Under the pieces are notes generated by a model. The model was not told where the DNA came from, made no database searches, and worked only from the letters and a program-made list of their open reading frames with translations. The translations under genes and the position numbers were made by a program. DNA of 64,000 bases from Myxococcota bacterium (lineage in GTDB: Bacteria > Myxococcota_A > UBA796 > CAJQPC01): positions 96,001-160,000 of the forward strand of contig JAZAMN010000008.1 in NCBI GenBank assembly GCA_036229005.1, in the 5' to 3' direction. Shown here piece by piece: positions 31,658 to 41,117 of this stretch. Numbering within the stretch: position 1 is the stretch's first letter; each line of letters starts with the position of its first letter.

Positions 31658-32119
31658 AGCCGTATAAAAAATCCCCAGGACCTGGAAGACGCCAAGGCCG
31701 CCAGCCTGGGCCAGGTGTTGTTCCGCAGCGCCCGCCTGCTCAACGACATGGGCGTGGAGCGGCTGCAGCGTGACGCGCCCCAGGTACGTCGGGCGCACAC
31801 CCGCCTGCTGCCGCACCTGGACTTCCGGGGGATCCGCCTGACGGAGCTCGCGGCCCGTCTGGAGGTCAGCAAGCAGGCCGCCGGCCAGCTGGTCGATGAG
31901 CTGCAGCAGATGGGCATGGTCGAGCGCGTGCCCGACCCCAGCGATGGCCGCGCGCGGCTGATCCGCTTCTCGCAGGCGGGACACCAAGGCCTGCTGCGGG
32001 GCCTGGGGGAGCTGCGCGCCCTGGAGGCCGAGCTGGCTCAGGAGGTCGGCGCGGAGCGCATGGCCCGGCTGCACCAGGACCTCAGCGTGCTGCTGGCGGC
32101 CCTGGAGGCGCGCCGCTGA
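31655..32119 (+). CDS. MarR family transcriptional regulator
   Basis: GIRLTELAARLEVSKQAAGQLVDEL...PDPSDGRAR; GTG start inferred. Confidence 0.88.
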   Translation: MSRIKNPQDLEDAKAASLGQVLFRSARLLNDMGVERLQRDAPQVRRAHTRLLPHLDFRGIRLTELAARLEVSKQAAGQLVDELQQMGMVERVPDPSDGRARLIRFSQAGHQGLLRGLGELRALEAELAQEVGAERMARLHQDLSVLLAALEARR

Positions 32120-32179
32120 CCCGTCCGTCGCTGGCCCGCCCGCCGCTGTCCCACCCCAAAGAACGCAGCCCCAGGGGAC

Positions 32180-33124
32180 TCAGCCCCCCAGCTCCCGCGC
32201 CTGCTGTACCCAGCGGTCCCGGAAGATCCGTCCCGGGAAGGTGCCGAGCTGCGCCGCGAGCCAGGCGGCCTCGGCGGCCTCCAGGCGGGCGAGCTGGTGG
32301 AAGTGGTAGATGCCCAGCTTGTTCAAGGTGGCGCTGAGCACGGGTCCGATGCCCTTGATGCGCTTGAGGTCGTCGGGCAGCCCCTGGGGAGCCTCCAGCA
32401 GCCACTCGGGGGCGATGGCTTCGCCCGCCGTGGAGAGCAGCTCGGTGTGCTGGGCCAACAGCTCCTGGTGGGCGGTCTCCAGCTCCTCCAGGCGGCTGCG
32501 GGCGGCCTGGAGCTGCTGGTCGACGCCGCCGCTGTCCTTCATCAGCTCGAGCTGGGTGGGCCTGCTGGCCGGCAGGTCCTGCTCGCGCCGCAGCGCCGCC
32601 ATCTCCAGGCGCAGCGCCTCCAGCTCCTGCTCCAGCTCGTTGCGCCGCTGCCGGGACTCCCCCAGCTTGAGCTCCAGGGTCGCCGCCTTGGCCTGGGACA
32701 CCTGCAGCTCCACCGGCGAGGGCCCCAGCGTGGGGCGGGGCTGGCTCTGGGCCTCGTGCAGCTCCACCTGGCTGATGTGGAGCTGCTCCCGCACCGAGCC
32801 CAGCTCCATGGTCAGGGCCGCCACGCGCTTGACCAGCTCCTCGTCCTCGTCGGCGTCGGGCTCCGCGACCGGGCGCGAGAGCTCCAGGGCCGCCAGATCG
32901 GCCTCCGCCTTCTGCTGCAAGGTCCGGGCCGCCGCCGCCTGCTGCTGGGTCTGGGCCAAGGCGGCGCGGGTGGCCTCCAGCTCGGCCTGACGGCGCCGCT
33001 CCTGCTCGTGCAGGCCGGTGGTCTCCTCTTCCGAGGTGAGCTTGCGCATCATCCAGCCGATGGCGGCGCCCACCACCACGGCCAGGAAGATCCACAGGGA
33101 GATGTGCAGCAGCAGGAAGCTCAC
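32180..33124 (-). CDS. Membrane-anchored coiled-coil protein with C-terminal helix-hairpin-helix (COG3743-like) domain
   Basis: N-terminal TM, long coiled coil, PDDLKRIKGIGP...LGIYHFHQLA...RDRWVQQA. Confidence 0.8.
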   Translation of the reverse strand: MSFLLLHISLWIFLAVVVGAAIGWMMRKLTSEEETTGLHEQERRRQAELEATRAALAQTQQQAAAARTLQQKAEADLAALELSRPVAEPDADEDEELVKRVAALTMELGSVREQLHISQVELHEAQSQPRPTLGPSPVELQVSQAKAATLELKLGESRQRRNELEQELEALRLEMAALRREQDLPASRPTQLELMKDSGGVDQQLQAARSRLEELETAHQELLAQHTELLSTAGEAIAPEWLLEAPQGLPDDLKRIKGIGPVLSATLNKLGIYHFHQLARLEAAEAAWLAAQLGTFPGRIFRDRWVQQARELGG

Positions 33125-34506
33125 GGCGTGGACTCCAACAGGGTGAAGACGATGCGGCGGTTGTCGGCGCGGCCCGCGGCGCTGCGGTTCGAGGCCACGG
33201 GCTGGGCCTCCCCGAAGCCCTGGGCCTCCATGCGCTCAGGCGGGATGCCCAGCTCCACCATGCGGCCCCGCACCGCCGCCGCCCGGCGCTCGGACAGCCT
33301 CAGGTTGGCGGCGTCGTCCCCCACGGAGTCGGTGTGGCCCTCGATGCGCAGGGCGGGCCCCGGGCAGGCCTGCAGCGTGTCCGCCAGCCGCACCAGGTCG
33401 ATGTCGCTGACCGGCGCGATCTCCGCGCTCGCGCTCAGGAAGCGGATGGGCTCGCCCACCAGCATGGCGTTCAAGCGCGCCTGGCAGTCGCGGGTGCTCA
33501 GGGCCACCGGCAGCTCCACGCTGGGCGAGAGCCCCGCGCAGCGATCCAGCGGCAGCTCCTCCACCACCGCGGCCGTGGGGACCGCACCTTGGATGCTCAG
33601 CGTGTCGCCCACCTGCCGGATCACCCCCGCCTGGATCTCCGGCAGCAGGGGCAGCAGCGCCGCCGCGCAGTCCGAGTGGTCGGGGAGCCCCGCCTGACCG
33701 GCGACCACCAGCTCGTCCTGGACCTGCCCCGCGCCCCAGAGCTCCGCCGCCGCCGTCACCACCCGCGAGTGCGCCTGCAGGTCCGGGACCGCGCCGTAGA
33801 GCCGCACGCCGTCTCCGTGCGCCCCCCGCGTCCGGGTGATCACCAGGCTCATGTCCTGCGCCGACCAGTCCCGCCGCAGGGCGACGATCAGCTCCAGCTC
33901 GGGCAGCGCGGTCTCCAGCGCCCGGCGGGTCTCCCCCACGCTGTCCAGGTCCGGGGCCTGTCCGCGCAGGCTCAGGCGGCCCGGCACCGCCTCGGCCTCC
34001 CCACCTCGAAAGCGCGCCACGTAGGGGAGCGACGCGCGCAGCGGGGCGCTCAGGTCCGGCACCCCGTCCACCACCTGCAGGCGGTCGACCACCTGGGCCT
34101 CGCCGAGGATCTCCGCGGCGGACTGGATCAAGGCCAGCCTGACCTCGCTGGTGGGCACGAGTCCAGAGATCTCCACGCGCCCTGTGGGGAGCTTTTGAGC
34201 GGTGAGCCGATGGTGCTCGGGCAGGATCGGGTCCACCTCCAGTGCATCCTTCACCACGCGCACACCCTTGAGCTCCCGGGTGACGGCGAGGGCCTGCGTA
34301 CGCGCATCCTCACTCTGCAGGGTGCCGCTCAGGGTCAGATCGCGCCCGTCCACGGCGACCCCCACACCGGTCACCTGCGCCTGGGCCAAGGCCTGCCCGG
34401 CGCGCTCCTGCAGGTCGGCCTCGATCAGCGGGCCCTGGATCTGCCAGGCCAGCACGCTCAAGAGCGCGGCGGCGGCCAGGGCGATGAGGCTGAGGGTGAA
34501 ACGCAC
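33121..34506 (-). CDS. BON-repeat + OmpA C-terminal domain protein (ArfA-like)
   Basis: VDGRDLTLSG BON repeats; IEGHTDSVGD..NLRLSERRAAAV...NRRI. Confidence 0.9.
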   Translation of the reverse strand: MRFTLSLIALAAAALLSVLAWQIQGPLIEADLQERAGQALAQAQVTGVGVAVDGRDLTLSGTLQSEDARTQALAVTRELKGVRVVKDALEVDPILPEHHRLTAQKLPTGRVEISGLVPTSEVRLALIQSAAEILGEAQVVDRLQVVDGVPDLSAPLRASLPYVARFRGGEAEAVPGRLSLRGQAPDLDSVGETRRALETALPELELIVALRRDWSAQDMSLVITRTRGAHGDGVRLYGAVPDLQAHSRVVTAAAELWGAGQVQDELVVAGQAGLPDHSDCAAALLPLLPEIQAGVIRQVGDTLSIQGAVPTAAVVEELPLDRCAGLSPSVELPVALSTRDCQARLNAMLVGEPIRFLSASAEIAPVSDIDLVRLADTLQACPGPALRIEGHTDSVGDDAANLRLSERRAAAVRGRMVELGIPPERMEAQGFGEAQPVASNRSAAGRADNRRIVFTLLESTP

Positions 34507-34566
34507 GCTCTGTACCTACCACCTTGGGCGGCCGGGTGCCTTGGGGTGAGTCCCGCAGAGGGAGGC

Positions 34567-35196
34567 TCAGAATCGGCCGACGACGCCGAGCTGACCGGGG
34601 CCCAGGACTGGCGCGAGCTCGAGGCCCCGCGGCGGGGTGGGCGCGGAGACCAGGCTGACCGGGAGGCCGAGCTCCTGGGCGAGCGCCGCGTTGTGCTGGT
34701 CGACGAGCTGTTCGAGCTGCTCGGCGGTCCACCAGTGGGTGTAGTCGTTGGCGCGGTGGGTGGCCTGGGTCTGGATGCGGTAGCCGCCGCCCACGAGCAC
34801 CAGCCCGCCGACCACCAGGCCGACGCCGGTGACGCGCATGATCTGGGCGTAGTCGTTGTTGGTGTAGCCGCTTGCCAGCAGGGGGACGATGTTGGCGCCC
34901 ACCAGCGCGGAGACGCCGCCCACCAGGTAGAAGCTGTTGACCACGCTGCGCGAGAGGCGGGCGTCGTAGTCGATGCGCTGCCAGGTCCACCAGTCGTCGG
35001 CGCGCCGGGCGAAGGTGTCGGGGGGCAGGGGGCGGCCGCGGCCGTCGAGCACCGCCACGGACCCGCCGTTGAGCTGCAGGTGCAGGGCGTTCTTGTCGTA
35101 GTCGGCCTGCCGCGCGGCCTGTCGGGGGCTGGGCGCGGGGGCCTCGGAGGCCAGGGCGGCGGAGAGGGTGCAGAGCCAGATCACGGGCACCATCAT
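34567..35196 (-). CDS. Hypothetical secreted/membrane protein
   Basis: Signal peptide, two hydrophobic segments, terminal GVVGRF. Confidence 0.6.
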   Translation of the reverse strand: MMVPVIWLCTLSAALASEAPAPSPRQAARQADYDKNALHLQLNGGSVAVLDGRGRPLPPDTFARRADDWWTWQRIDYDARLSRSVVNSFYLVGGVSALVGANIVPLLASGYTNNDYAQIMRVTGVGLVVGGLVLVGGGYRIQTQATHRANDYTHWWTAEQLEQLVDQHNAALAQELGLPVSLVSAPTPPRGLELAPVLGPGQLGVVGRF

Positions 35197-35253
35197 CGCA
35201 GCTTTCTGCCCGCCCCGCAGGATGCACAGGCCCCCGCGGGGTAGCTTTCAGAC

Positions 35254-36258
35254 ATGCCTGACAAGACCAAGATCGCCCTCGCCCTGGGCGCCCTGAGCCT
35301 GCCGCTGCTGGCCCTGGGGAGCACGGGCTTTGCCACCGCCCCCGACCTGGACGCCGGGGACTCCGTGCGCCTGCTGCTGCTCGGGGACACAGGTCAGCTC
35401 CCGGTGGACGGCGACCCCCACAAGATGGACGCCTCCCAGCGGGCGCGGCTGCGGGCGGCCCTGGGTGCGCAGGACGCCGACGCGATCGTGGATCTGGGCG
35501 ACCTCTTCTACAACAAGGCCCCCAAGTGCGGCCGCGGCGAGAGCCCCGAGGGCGCGGGCGGCAAGCTGGACGCGCACCTGTACGACCACGTGGGCGGCCT
35601 GGATCTGCCGGTCTACATGGTGCTCGGCAACCACGACGTGGGCCCCATCGGCGAGTGGGCCAAGCGCAAGCTGCTGGGCCGCCGCACGGGCAAGCGCTCC
35701 AAGGCCCGCGAGCGCTGCTACCGGCTCTACGCGCAGCAGCGCCCCGGCGAGATGATCTTCCCCGGCGAGGCCTACGGCGTGGACCTGGGCCCGGCGCGCC
35801 TGGGGCTGCTGCACACCTCGGCGCCCGAGCGCACCTGGCCGGCCGACGAGCTCAAGGCCTGGCTGGCCGAGGACCCCGACGACTGGCAGATCCTGGGCGG
35901 CCACCACGTGCTCTACGAGGTCTGCGACAAGACGGACGAGGACTTCGTGCTGCCCTGGCTGCAGGAAAACGAGCTCCAGCCGGACCTGTGGATCAACGGC
36001 CACGCCCACCTGCTGCAGCTCAGCGTGGTCGCGGGGGTGCCGGCGGTGACCTCGGGCGCGGGCTCCAAGCTCCGGGAGTTCCCCGACTGTGATCCCACGG
36101 CCCACGAGGGCGTCGAGTTCGGCGTCTCCCAGTATGGCTTCGCCGTGCTCGACATCACCCCGGAGACCCTGCGCGTGAGCTTCCGCGACATCGACGGAGG
36201 CGAGCTCCACTGCTGGCAGCGCGGCCGCGACAACCCCCAGGGCGAGGCCTGCCAGTGA
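35254..36258 (+). CDS. Secreted calcineurin-like metallophosphoesterase (acid phosphatase-like)
   Basis: GDTG, GDLFY, GNHD, GHH, GHAH motifs. Confidence 0.9.
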   Translation: MPDKTKIALALGALSLPLLALGSTGFATAPDLDAGDSVRLLLLGDTGQLPVDGDPHKMDASQRARLRAALGAQDADAIVDLGDLFYNKAPKCGRGESPEGAGGKLDAHLYDHVGGLDLPVYMVLGNHDVGPIGEWAKRKLLGRRTGKRSKARERCYRLYAQQRPGEMIFPGEAYGVDLGPARLGLLHTSAPERTWPADELKAWLAEDPDDWQILGGHHVLYEVCDKTDEDFVLPWLQENELQPDLWINGHAHLLQLSVVAGVPAVTSGAGSKLREFPDCDPTAHEGVEFGVSQYGFAVLDITPETLRVSFRDIDGGELHCWQRGRDNPQGEACQ

Positions 36259-37475
36259 GCGCGCTTCAAGGCATCAAGGTCCTGGAGCTCGGCCAGCTCA
36301 TCGCCGGGCCCTTCGCGGGCACCCTGCTGGGCTACTTCGGCGCCGAGGTCGTCAAGGTCGAGTCCCCCCAGGGCGACCCCATCCGCTCCTGGCGCACCAT
36401 GCAGGGCGACACCAGCCTGTGGTGGCGCACGATCTCCCGCAACAAGCGCCTGCTCAGCCTGGACCTGCGCACCGAGGCCGGCCGCCAGATCGTCCGGGAG
36501 CTGGCCGCCCAGGCCGACGTGCTCATCGAGAACTTCCGCCCCGGCCGCATGGAGCAGTGGGGCCTGGGACCCGATGCGCTCGCCGAGATCAACCCCCGCC
36601 TGGTGGTCTGCCGGGTCTCCGGGTACGGCCAGACTGGGCCCATGCGCCAGCGCCCCGGGTACGCCGCTGTGGCCGAAGCCGTCGGGGGCCTGCGCTACCT
36701 GACCGGCGACCCCGACGGCCCCAGCAAGCGCGCCAACCTCTCCATCGGGGACACCGTCGCCGGCATGCACGCCGCCATCGGGATCCTGCTCGCCCTGCTC
36801 CACCGCGAGCGCGGCGGCCCCGCCCAGGTCGTGGACGTCAGCCTGGTCGAGTCCGTGCTGACCCTGCTTGAGGCCACCCTGGTCGAGGCGAGTGTCGGCG
36901 TTGTACGCCAGCCTTCGGGCGGCACCATCACCGGCCTGGCCCCCACCGGCGGCTACCCCTGCGCCGACGGCGAGGTCGTCATCGGCGCCAACGGCGAATC
37001 CGTCTTCCGCCGCCTCTGCGCCGCCATGGGCAAGCCCCAGCTTGGCGACGACCCCCGCTTTGTCGACAACCCCGCCCGCGTCGCCCACCGCTGGGAGCTC
37101 GACGCCGAGATCGCCGCCTGGACCCGCACCCTCAGCGTCTCCGACTGCGTGGACCAGCTCGCCGCCGCCGGTGTCCCTGCCGGGCCCGTCCAGGACGCCG
37201 CCCAGATCTTGGCCCACCCCCAGCTCGTGGCCCGCGACTTCTTCCCCGAGATCCACGTCGGCGGCCAGCCCATCGTCCTCCCCGAGCTCGCCCCCAGGAT
37301 GGAGAAGACGCCGGGTGCCACGCGATTTGTGGGTGGACCGCTCGGGGCCGACTCCGCCGCGGTGCTCTGTGACTGGCTGGGCATCGGCGAGGACAGGCTG
37401 GCGGAGTTGGTGGGTGCGGGGGTTGTGGGCTCTCACCCGAAGAAGCTCGACCGCACCGGCCCCTCCCAGAACTGA
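36255..37475 (+). CDS. CaiB/BaiF class III CoA-transferase
   Basis: IAGPF, GAEVVKVE, RNKR, DVLIENFRPG, SGYGQTGP. Confidence 0.95.
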   Translation: MSALQGIKVLELGQLIAGPFAGTLLGYFGAEVVKVESPQGDPIRSWRTMQGDTSLWWRTISRNKRLLSLDLRTEAGRQIVRELAAQADVLIENFRPGRMEQWGLGPDALAEINPRLVVCRVSGYGQTGPMRQRPGYAAVAEAVGGLRYLTGDPDGPSKRANLSIGDTVAGMHAAIGILLALLHRERGGPAQVVDVSLVESVLTLLEATLVEASVGVVRQPSGGTITGLAPTGGYPCADGEVVIGANGESVFRRLCAAMGKPQLGDDPRFVDNPARVAHRWELDAEIAAWTRTLSVSDCVDQLAAAGVPAGPVQDAAQILAHPQLVARDFFPEIHVGGQPIVLPELAPRMEKTPGATRFVGGPLGADSAAVLCDWLGIGEDRLAELVGAGVVGSHPKKLDRTGPSQN

Positions 37476-38665
37476 TCCGAGGGCCGCGGAGACACCCTGG
37501 CCACGAAGGCCTCGAAGTGCTGCTGGGTATCGCCAGGGGCGATGCCGTCGGGCTCGGGTGAGGCCTCCAGGATCTGCCGCGCCCAAGCCTCCGGAGGCTC
37601 CGTCGAGGCCTCTCGCCGAGCGGCCTGGCCGTCTTCACCCACCCGCATCCCGGGCTCCCACGGAGCCGTGTTGGTCTGGGCCAGCAGGCCGACCCAGTGC
37701 GGGACGATGCCCGGCGGATCCCGCCAGCGCAGGACCCGGGCGAACAACGGCTGATCGGGCGGCCGCTGCGTGCAGTGGGCCAGATCGTAGGCGACCACCA
37801 GGCCCTCGGCGCCGCTGGAGGCCGGGCGCAGAGGGAGGCCCAGCAGCTCGGCCAGGACCATCCCGACCACCTGGCTGCCGTGGTCGGGCAGCGCCAGGAT
37901 CTGCTGGGGGAGCTGGCCAGTCTGCTTGAGGATCTCTGCGAGGCGCAGCAGGTCCCGGTGGATGGCCTCCGGAGAGTCCTGGGTGAAGGCGTAGCGGCCA
38001 TTCATGCCCTCGTCGAAGCCGTAGGGCGACAGGTGCAGCAGCACGCAGCCGTTGAGCGCGTACTGCCAGGCGCGTAGGTCCCGCTGGTCGGACCCCAGGC
38101 TGTCCAGACGCTGGAGCATGGCGCTCACCCGATCCCGGGCGGCGGTCTGGTCTCGGTCCTGAGGGACCAGCTGTGCGTGGTGCTCTCGGGCCGTCTCCAC
38201 CAGGCCGCTCAACAGGGCGTTGAGGGACAGCAGGTAGCGCAGCCAGAAGTCCTCCAGCGCCTGGGGCGCCGCCGCCAAAGTCTCCACGACTTCGGCGTGC
38301 TGACCGGAGCGCTCCAGTGCCGCCGCCAGCTCGCCCAGCAGGACCTTCTCGGAGGGGTGGTCCTGCAGCGCCCGCCGCAGGAAGGGCACCGCCACCGCGG
38401 GCAGCCCCACGTGCACAAGCCCCCAGCCCAGGTCGTAGAGGGCCTGGCCGCTCATGGCCTGCAGCGCCCGCGCCGGCTGCTCCAGCTCGGTCAGGGACAT
38501 CGTCTGGCCGATACCGGCCAGCAGCTCCGCGATGCCCAGCAGCTCGGCGTCCGCGGGCTGAGGCCCCCGAGCCACCCAGCGCAGGGTGCGCGCCGCCTCC
38601 TGAGGGTCTCCGGCCGCCAGCTGCGCCCGCGCATCGTCCAGGGTGGGTGTCTGTCCCCCGCTCAT
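37433..38665 (-). CDS. TPR-containing hypothetical protein
   Basis: AGGAG upstream of ATG 38665; helical repeats, LHLSPYGFDEGMNGRYAF. Confidence 0.7.
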   Translation of the reverse strand: MSGGQTPTLDDARAQLAAGDPQEAARTLRWVARGPQPADAELLGIAELLAGIGQTMSLTELEQPARALQAMSGQALYDLGWGLVHVGLPAVAVPFLRRALQDHPSEKVLLGELAAALERSGQHAEVVETLAAAPQALEDFWLRYLLSLNALLSGLVETAREHHAQLVPQDRDQTAARDRVSAMLQRLDSLGSDQRDLRAWQYALNGCVLLHLSPYGFDEGMNGRYAFTQDSPEAIHRDLLRLAEILKQTGQLPQQILALPDHGSQVVGMVLAELLGLPLRPASSGAEGLVVAYDLAHCTQRPPDQPLFARVLRWRDPPGIVPHWVGLLAQTNTAPWEPGMRVGEDGQAARREASTEPPEAWARQILEASPEPDGIAPGDTQQHFEAFVARVSPRPSDQFWEGPVRSSFFG

Positions 38666-38735
38666 TGTCGACTCCTGTGTGCCGGGAGCTTTGTGCACCA
38701 GGAGGGGGAGGTCAACCGCCCCGAGGGGAGTTGGC

Positions 38736-39005
38736 GGGCATCCACCCCTGAACGCCCGCTTGAGCCGGGCATCCACCCCTGAACGCCCGCTTGAGCGGGG
38801 CATCCACCCCTGAACGCCCGACTGCTGGAGAGCGGGTCTTCGCGGCCAACGGGATTTCAGTCACTTCGCGCCCTGCCCGCCCGACAGAGGGGACTTTGGA
38901 GCCCAGATTTCTGGCCGAGGCGGGCGTTCGACCCCAGATGCCCGGCCGAGGCGGGCGTTCGACCCCGGATGCCCGGCCGAGGCGGGCGTTCGACCCCGGA
39001 TGCCC
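38736..39005. repeat. Inverted 31-bp-period array C
   Basis: GGGCATCCACCCCTGAACGCCCG at 38736, 38767, 38798; ~92-bp spacer; three inverted units GGCCGAGGCGGGCGTTCGACCCC(A/G)GATGCCC. Confidence 0.9.
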
Positions 39006-39053
39006 GGTGCTTGCGGTGCTCGGTTGGCTGCCCGTGGGGCGCGGTGCGTGGCA

Positions 39054-39272
39054 TCAGCTCCCGTTGACGCTGTCCCAGTACCCGCCCCAGTAGTCGTAGT
39101 AGTTCTCGTCGGTGTTGGAGGTCACCCAGTCCTCCGGGCCACTCTCGAGCAGCTCGGGGTGGTTCTGTTCCATCCAGGAGATGAAGTCGGGGAGCCCGAC
39201 CTCTCCGCTGCCGCGGCCGAGCTGCAGCAGGGTGCTCCGCGCGCGGGGGGTGTGTCGGCGGGTGTAGCTCAT
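39054..39272 (-). CDS. Small hypothetical protein (72 aa, acidic/aromatic C-terminus)
   Basis: ATGA overlap with upstream gene, GGAG upstream, GC3-biased codons. Confidence 0.55.
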   Translation of the reverse strand: MSYTRRHTPRARSTLLQLGRGSGEVGLPDFISWMEQNHPELLESGPEDWVTSNTDENYYDYWGGYWDSVNGS

Positions 39273-39799
39273 GGTCGGACCCTCTCCAGGGTGGAGAAGG
39301 GGCCCGCTGGCTTGAGGCGCCACTGCTCCGGGCTGCCCTCGTTCAGGACCTCCAGGGTCAGCTCCCAGCCGGCATCGCCTTGGACCGCCAGTCCGCTCTC
39401 CAGGCTCTGGTGGCGGCTGTGCTCCCTGAGCAGTTCAAAGGCCAGCGCTGGGACCTCCTGAGCGGAGAGCTGGGGCTCGGTCGCCAGGACCTCGCTGGTT
39501 CCCTGGGCATGACCGCTGGTGATCCAGGTGCCGGAGGCCCCATCCACGAGGGCCACGCTCATGGGTTGGGACGTGCCGAGAGGGACCAGCAGGTAGAGGC
39601 TGTGGTGCACCAGCTCGGGCGCCTTGTCCGACGGCCGAAGGACGTAGGAGTCCTCCGACTCGGTCCAATGGGCCAGCTCCAGATCTTGGGTGCGTTCCAC
39701 GGCTGCGCGCACCTGGGCGTGATTGGGCGTGGGCGTCTCCGGCGCCTGGGACGGCGCGCACACGCACCCCCCAAGCTGAGCGAGCAGGACAGTCAGCAC
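39269..39799 (-). CDS. Hypothetical lipoprotein
   Basis: MLTVLLAQLGGC; coupled to downstream small ORF. Confidence 0.55.
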   Translation of the reverse strand: MLTVLLAQLGGCVCAPSQAPETPTPNHAQVRAAVERTQDLELAHWTESEDSYVLRPSDKAPELVHHSLYLLVPLGTSQPMSVALVDGASGTWITSGHAQGTSEVLATEPQLSAQEVPALAFELLREHSRHQSLESGLAVQGDAGWELTLEVLNEGSPEQWRLKPAGPFSTLERVRP

Positions 39800-40007
39800 C
39801 CCCCTGTTCTAGCGGCTGCCCGGGTCTCTGTCACGGGGTGGTGAAGCTGCCGGGCTGCGGGGGAGCTGCTCAGCCAGCGGTTGATCCTCTCGCTGAAAGG
39901 CACGTTGGACCCTCGATGCGCGGTGGGACGCCCGTTGGACCGGCCCCGAGCTCCCCACTCAGCCCGCAGGCTCCAGGTACTGGATCCGTCCATCACAGCG
40001 GGCCCCC

Positions 40008-41117
40008 TCAAGGCCCACTCACCCGAACCCGCCGCGTCCCCTCCAAAGTGATCGGCCACCGCCACCCCGCCGCCTGCGCCAACACACACGCCTCCGCCGC
40101 CGGCGTCGCATTCCCCCCCACCACGCGGGGGTTCTCGCTCTCGCCATAGCGCAGGTCAACCGCCACGATGACCTCGCCGGGGGCGTCAAAGCAGGAGCGG
40201 GCCTGGGCGCGGTAGTAGGCCAGGTGGTGGGCCAGCTGACCCTGGAGGTCCTCGGCCCCTCCCTCCTCCCAAGAGGGCAGCTCGACGGGGTCCACAGGCC
40301 GCAAGAACTCGGTGGCGGGTGGGCTCAGGGTCCACTCCAGGGCGCCGGTGAGCGCGGGGTCCAGCTGCCAACCCAGGGCCTTCTGGGCCAGGCAGGCGTC
40401 GCCCCAGGCGGCGACCACGCGACCCTGCCGCAGGACGACGTCCAGGGTGGCGGGGCCGTCCTGCAGGCACGCGGCGATCTGATTGTCCCGAGGCGCCCGG
40501 CCCTCGGGAAGCGCCCCCCTCGACACCGCGACCACGGCCTGCGCCTCCAGGTCGGGGACGGCCCGCCAGGTGAGCGGGGGCAGCAGCTCCTCGCCGAGGG
40601 ACTGGTCTGCCGAGGTGTCCCGCATGGCGTGGGTGCTGAGCGTTGTGCCCTGCAGCTCCAGGCCAAAGACCAGCACGCCCTCTCCTGAACCCTGGACGTC
40701 CGAGCCCTGGGCCTGCTCCATCAGCTCGCCCTGAAGCCCGGCGATCCACGCACTCAGGGCCGGGTCGGGGAGGGTCGGCTGCGCGCCGTACAAGGTCGCG
40801 GGCGCCGGCAGGATGAGCAGGGGCCAGGAGAGGTCCGCGGTGACCGTCGGCTCGATGGCCCACCCCCGGGCCGCCTTGCGCACGCAGCGCTCCAGATCAC
40901 CGTCGTCCACCGTCGAGGTCAACAGTCTGGGGAACCAGACCCGCCCCATTCGTGCACGAAAGCCGAGTTCAAACGCCCAGAAAGAACCGTCCGCGTGCTG
41001 CGCGTGACAGGCCGCCAGGTCCTGGGCCTGCTCGCCGACCAGCATGGCCAGAGGCTCGGCCTGGGGCGGGGACAGCAGCTCGCTGGCCCCCAACAACGCC
41101 AGCAGCAAGGGGGTCAA
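40008..41117 (-). CDS. Protein with repeated AgmX/PglI-like (TonB_C-like) domains
   Basis: TTG start overlapping upstream stop; LAACH...LERCVRKAARGW and ARSCF...AEACVLAQAAGWRWP Cys-pair patterns. Confidence 0.6.
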   Translation of the reverse strand: MTPLLLALLGASELLSPPQAEPLAMLVGEQAQDLAACHAQHADGSFWAFELGFRARMGRVWFPRLLTSTVDDGDLERCVRKAARGWAIEPTVTADLSWPLLILPAPATLYGAQPTLPDPALSAWIAGLQGELMEQAQGSDVQGSGEGVLVFGLELQGTTLSTHAMRDTSADQSLGEELLPPLTWRAVPDLEAQAVVAVSRGALPEGRAPRDNQIAACLQDGPATLDVVLRQGRVVAAWGDACLAQKALGWQLDPALTGALEWTLSPPATEFLRPVDPVELPSWEEGGAEDLQGQLAHHLAYYRAQARSCFDAPGEVIVAVDLRYGESENPRVVGGNATPAAEACVLAQAAGWRWPITLEGTRRVRVSGP

